Part shown: in pieces, positions 61,427-64,000 of the stretch
Position numbering within the stretch: position 1 is the stretch's first letter
How the letters are laid out: each line of letters begins with the position of its first letter
NCBI GenBank assembly: GCA_036172245.1
Contig: JAYWIR010000052.1
Coordinates: forward strand, 868,001-932,000
DNA: 64,000 nucleotides
From: Raillietiella orientalis
Lineage: Eukaryota
Reading direction: 5' to 3'
Notes under the pieces: model-generated
Seen by the model: only the letters and a program-made list of their open reading frames with translations
Told to the model about the DNA's origin: nothing
The model's database searches: none
Made by a program: the position numbers and the translations under genes

Positions 61427-63860
61427 CAACGAGCATCTTTGGTCTGAGCTCTAGCTGGATCTGTGAATCGCAGACGAAAGGGAATGTTTGGCGCCTGAAA
61501 AAAGCCCCGAAAATCGACTTTTCGTTCCTGTGCGAAGTGAACGGAGGAAAGCGAAGTTACGTGCTTCGTGGGAGTCGAGTTCCTACGGGTTACCTCATGG
61601 ATGCTATCTGTATAACGTATGAAATGTATCGTAAACGTTGTATCAGTGGGAGATTTATTATTTCATTCGAAAGCAAAAGGAAAAACTTCAGAGCGTTCTC
61701 CTCCAAATCGCTGCTATCCAAATCGAAGTAAAAAGATAAAATGAAAAAAAAGATCTTTCGCTGCATGGAATCAATTTATACAGTTCTACAGATTCATCTC
61801 TAAGGTTCTCTCGTTTGTTAAAAAGCGCGTAGCCTCTTTCACTTTTTCATTCACGAAAGTCGGCATGAGATGGAACCCAACCGGCTCGGATCTCGCACGT
61901 GTTCGTATTCTTCTTGACGGACAGGGATGACTGACAGTGCGACGGAGAATCGGAATTTATCCTCCGCGTTGTGCGAGTCCGTCGCCATTTTGTCGTCGCG
62001 TTGTACGAATCCGCGTTATGCCGCATAGGAAATCGCCAACACCGGCGTCGGCGGACTCCCATCTTCCAGTAAAGCACGAGTCGAGACGCGCGAATGGCCG
62101 AAGGGAACAAAACGTCGAGAACAGTTGCCTTGGAGGGAGGCAGAAAGCGAATTCGGAACACCGAAAAGCTAGGGCGGCCCCCCCGGAACCCACCGGCAGT
62201 GACTTGCCACATGGTGGCTGCACTTGGTAAGGGGACTAGGGCTGATGCTCTTTGTTTGTGGGTACTTTGGCTGTTGGGTTGTTTCGAGTTCTTGATGTCC
62301 TCAGGAGCTCTTTCAGCGCTCCGGATCGGCAGCCTTTCGATCGCAGAGGGCTGCTGCATGTGACCCTGCAGGTCGCGGGTTGACGCGCTTCTTAAGTGGC
62401 CACAATGAGGACGGCAAAGAGGCGAATCGGCTCGCCGACTTCGGTCCCTGGCGTCATTCTTTATTAGCCAATAGCGATACGAACCTTCGGCATCACGTCA
62501 TCATCGTTTTCCAAAACTTCTAGGAGATTTCCCGAGGTGGTAGGAAAGGTTTTTTTCCGCCTCCCCTTCCTCGCTCTTTTGCTCCCCTACGCGGCACGTG
62601 GGAACCCTTGCGCGCCGATGCCCCAGGCGATGCGGCGATTATCCTTCTCCCAAAGATGGCAGCACGGCAGGCGCTTCGGAGGCGCCGGAGATCGCGTGGC
62701 GGCGGACCGTCCGCGAAAATCGAAACGGATCGGCCTGGAAAAAACAACGCTCGCACGTGCCTTGGCTTGCCAGCACGGGAAACGCGCGCGCGCGCGCGAG
62801 TGACTTTGCGAGTCGAACTTCGCTTTCGCCTCTGCGACGAGCCCGCTGAAGAGAGGTCGCGTGTCAGCCGCTTGCGCAACCGCACCGCCTGCGGCGATAC
62901 GGTTGCGGAGGTGAGAAATTCGGTTCACTTGAACCCGGAGGGAGGTTCGGAACTGGGAGCTGTTTATGCTGAAGAATCGTGGCACCTTCTGGACTCGTTC
63001 TTCGATCGTGCTCCCCTCGACGAGTGACCCTCGCGCCACGGAACAGGATGCCCTCCAGAACAACCCTTTCGTCGCAAGGGACTCGGTTTGTCCATCACAG
63101 GTCTATTCGCTTTCAATATGGAGGAAACGCATGATCTGCGCTCTCCACAGGAGCTTCACGAAATCCGCTTCTCTCTTCCCTGCCAAAGGTCAAAAACGCT
63201 TTTTTGTCTGGCAAAAAAATAAAAGGGGGGATTTTTTTTTTTTTCGCGCTTCGTGTTGAAATCGAATCAGACGCCATGGGTTTCCGTAGCATCCGACGTT
63301 TCCGAGAGTGAGTCTGAAAGGGACAGTCCCTGAGGTCACGGCACAGAACAGCTGGACCCAGCCTGCTTGCAACGGATGAGGCAGACAGTGTCTCTCGCCG
63401 CTCCAGATTGGTCCAGCTCTTCGGGGATCTTCAGAGACCCAGGTTCCGAACCGAGCAACCTTTCGAAAAGCTTACTAGGTTGCGCCTGGAGTTGCCTACC
63501 AACACTTAAAGAGGGGTTGCCCCCCATCCTCGCGGTGCCACGTCCCCCCCCCCCTTCTCGGTGGGGAGGGAGGGGGAGAGCGCGTGAACCGACGCCTGCA
63601 GGAATGGAGGTTTCCGGTCATGGGAGGGCAGGAGACGCAGGGGGTCCGGTGGGTCGTACTGGTTGGCGGCGTTCCACGCCGAGCCGCAGCGAAGGCGAAG
63701 GAAAAGGACGGCCGGGCGCGCCGCTCACCAACGCGTTCGCGGAGCTGCGCTCAAAGACGGAGAGGCGCGCGGGCGAAGAGTCTTCTAGAAAACGCGGGCG
63801 TTTTCTTTCTTGCGAGCGCACATTGCGCTGCACAGCATGAAAAGTGTTCTTGAATTCCAG

Positions 63861-64000
63861 GTCAGATGTTTCTCATGGATAAATTTTTCGACGGCGCCTT
63901 CTTGACCTTTGGATTGGACGTGATTGCTTGGGGAAGCATTGACCAGGAAGACAGAGTCGACCCCATGATCCTCATCTTTCCCCGGATGACCAAGTGCACT
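63861..64000 (+). CDS. shakB: Innexin shaking-B, third coding exon (extracellular loop 2), truncated by the window end; not in the ORF track
   Basis: (G)[46 protein letters not shown], with the innexin FPRMTKC motif. The phase matches exon 2. Confidence 0.96.

Larger units (their letters stand above)
29395..63860 (+). other. shakB: shakB intron (GT-AG, phase 1, 34,466 nt)
   Basis: GTACGT donor and gttcttgaattccAG acceptor. The split codon G|GT (Gly) gives NLIGQMFLM. Confidence 0.92.

Noticed and set aside
125..63853. Hundreds of 60-450 aa ORFs in the track (e.g. 4161..5324, 11913..13058, 38601..39977, 52169..53524)
   Set aside because: They are low-complexity and R/G/P/S-rich, overlap on all frames and show no intact domains. 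This is expected from high GC and decayed repeats.

Overview
Eukaryotic, almost certainly arthropod, genomic DNA. It is GC-rich and by eye not CpG-depleted. The only intact gene is an innexin (gap-junction protein) of the shaking-B type on the + strand. It has three coding exons: 13856-14212, 29175-29394 and 63861 to beyond the window end. The two GT-AG introns are about 15.0 kb and 34.5 kb, and the splice phases join cleanly. Almost everything else is a dense mosaic of decayed transposon pieces: many L1/Tx1-like LINE ORF2 fragments, four same-orientation Ty3/gypsy protease-region fragments, small inverted repeats, tandem duplications and microsatellites. The hundreds of other ORFs in the track look like artefacts of high GC. 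The best leads are: (i) a covarying multi-hairpin RNA structure at the 3' ends of the Tx1-like LINEs, (ii) several near-perfect RFX X-box motifs in shakB intron 1, (iii) a near-identical inverted duplication of a dead LINE about 10 kb apart, and (iv) a single shakB first exon mixing 'lethal' and 'neural' isoform features. Transposon calls come from motifs read by eye and their boundaries are approximate. I found no convincing new multi-gene system.
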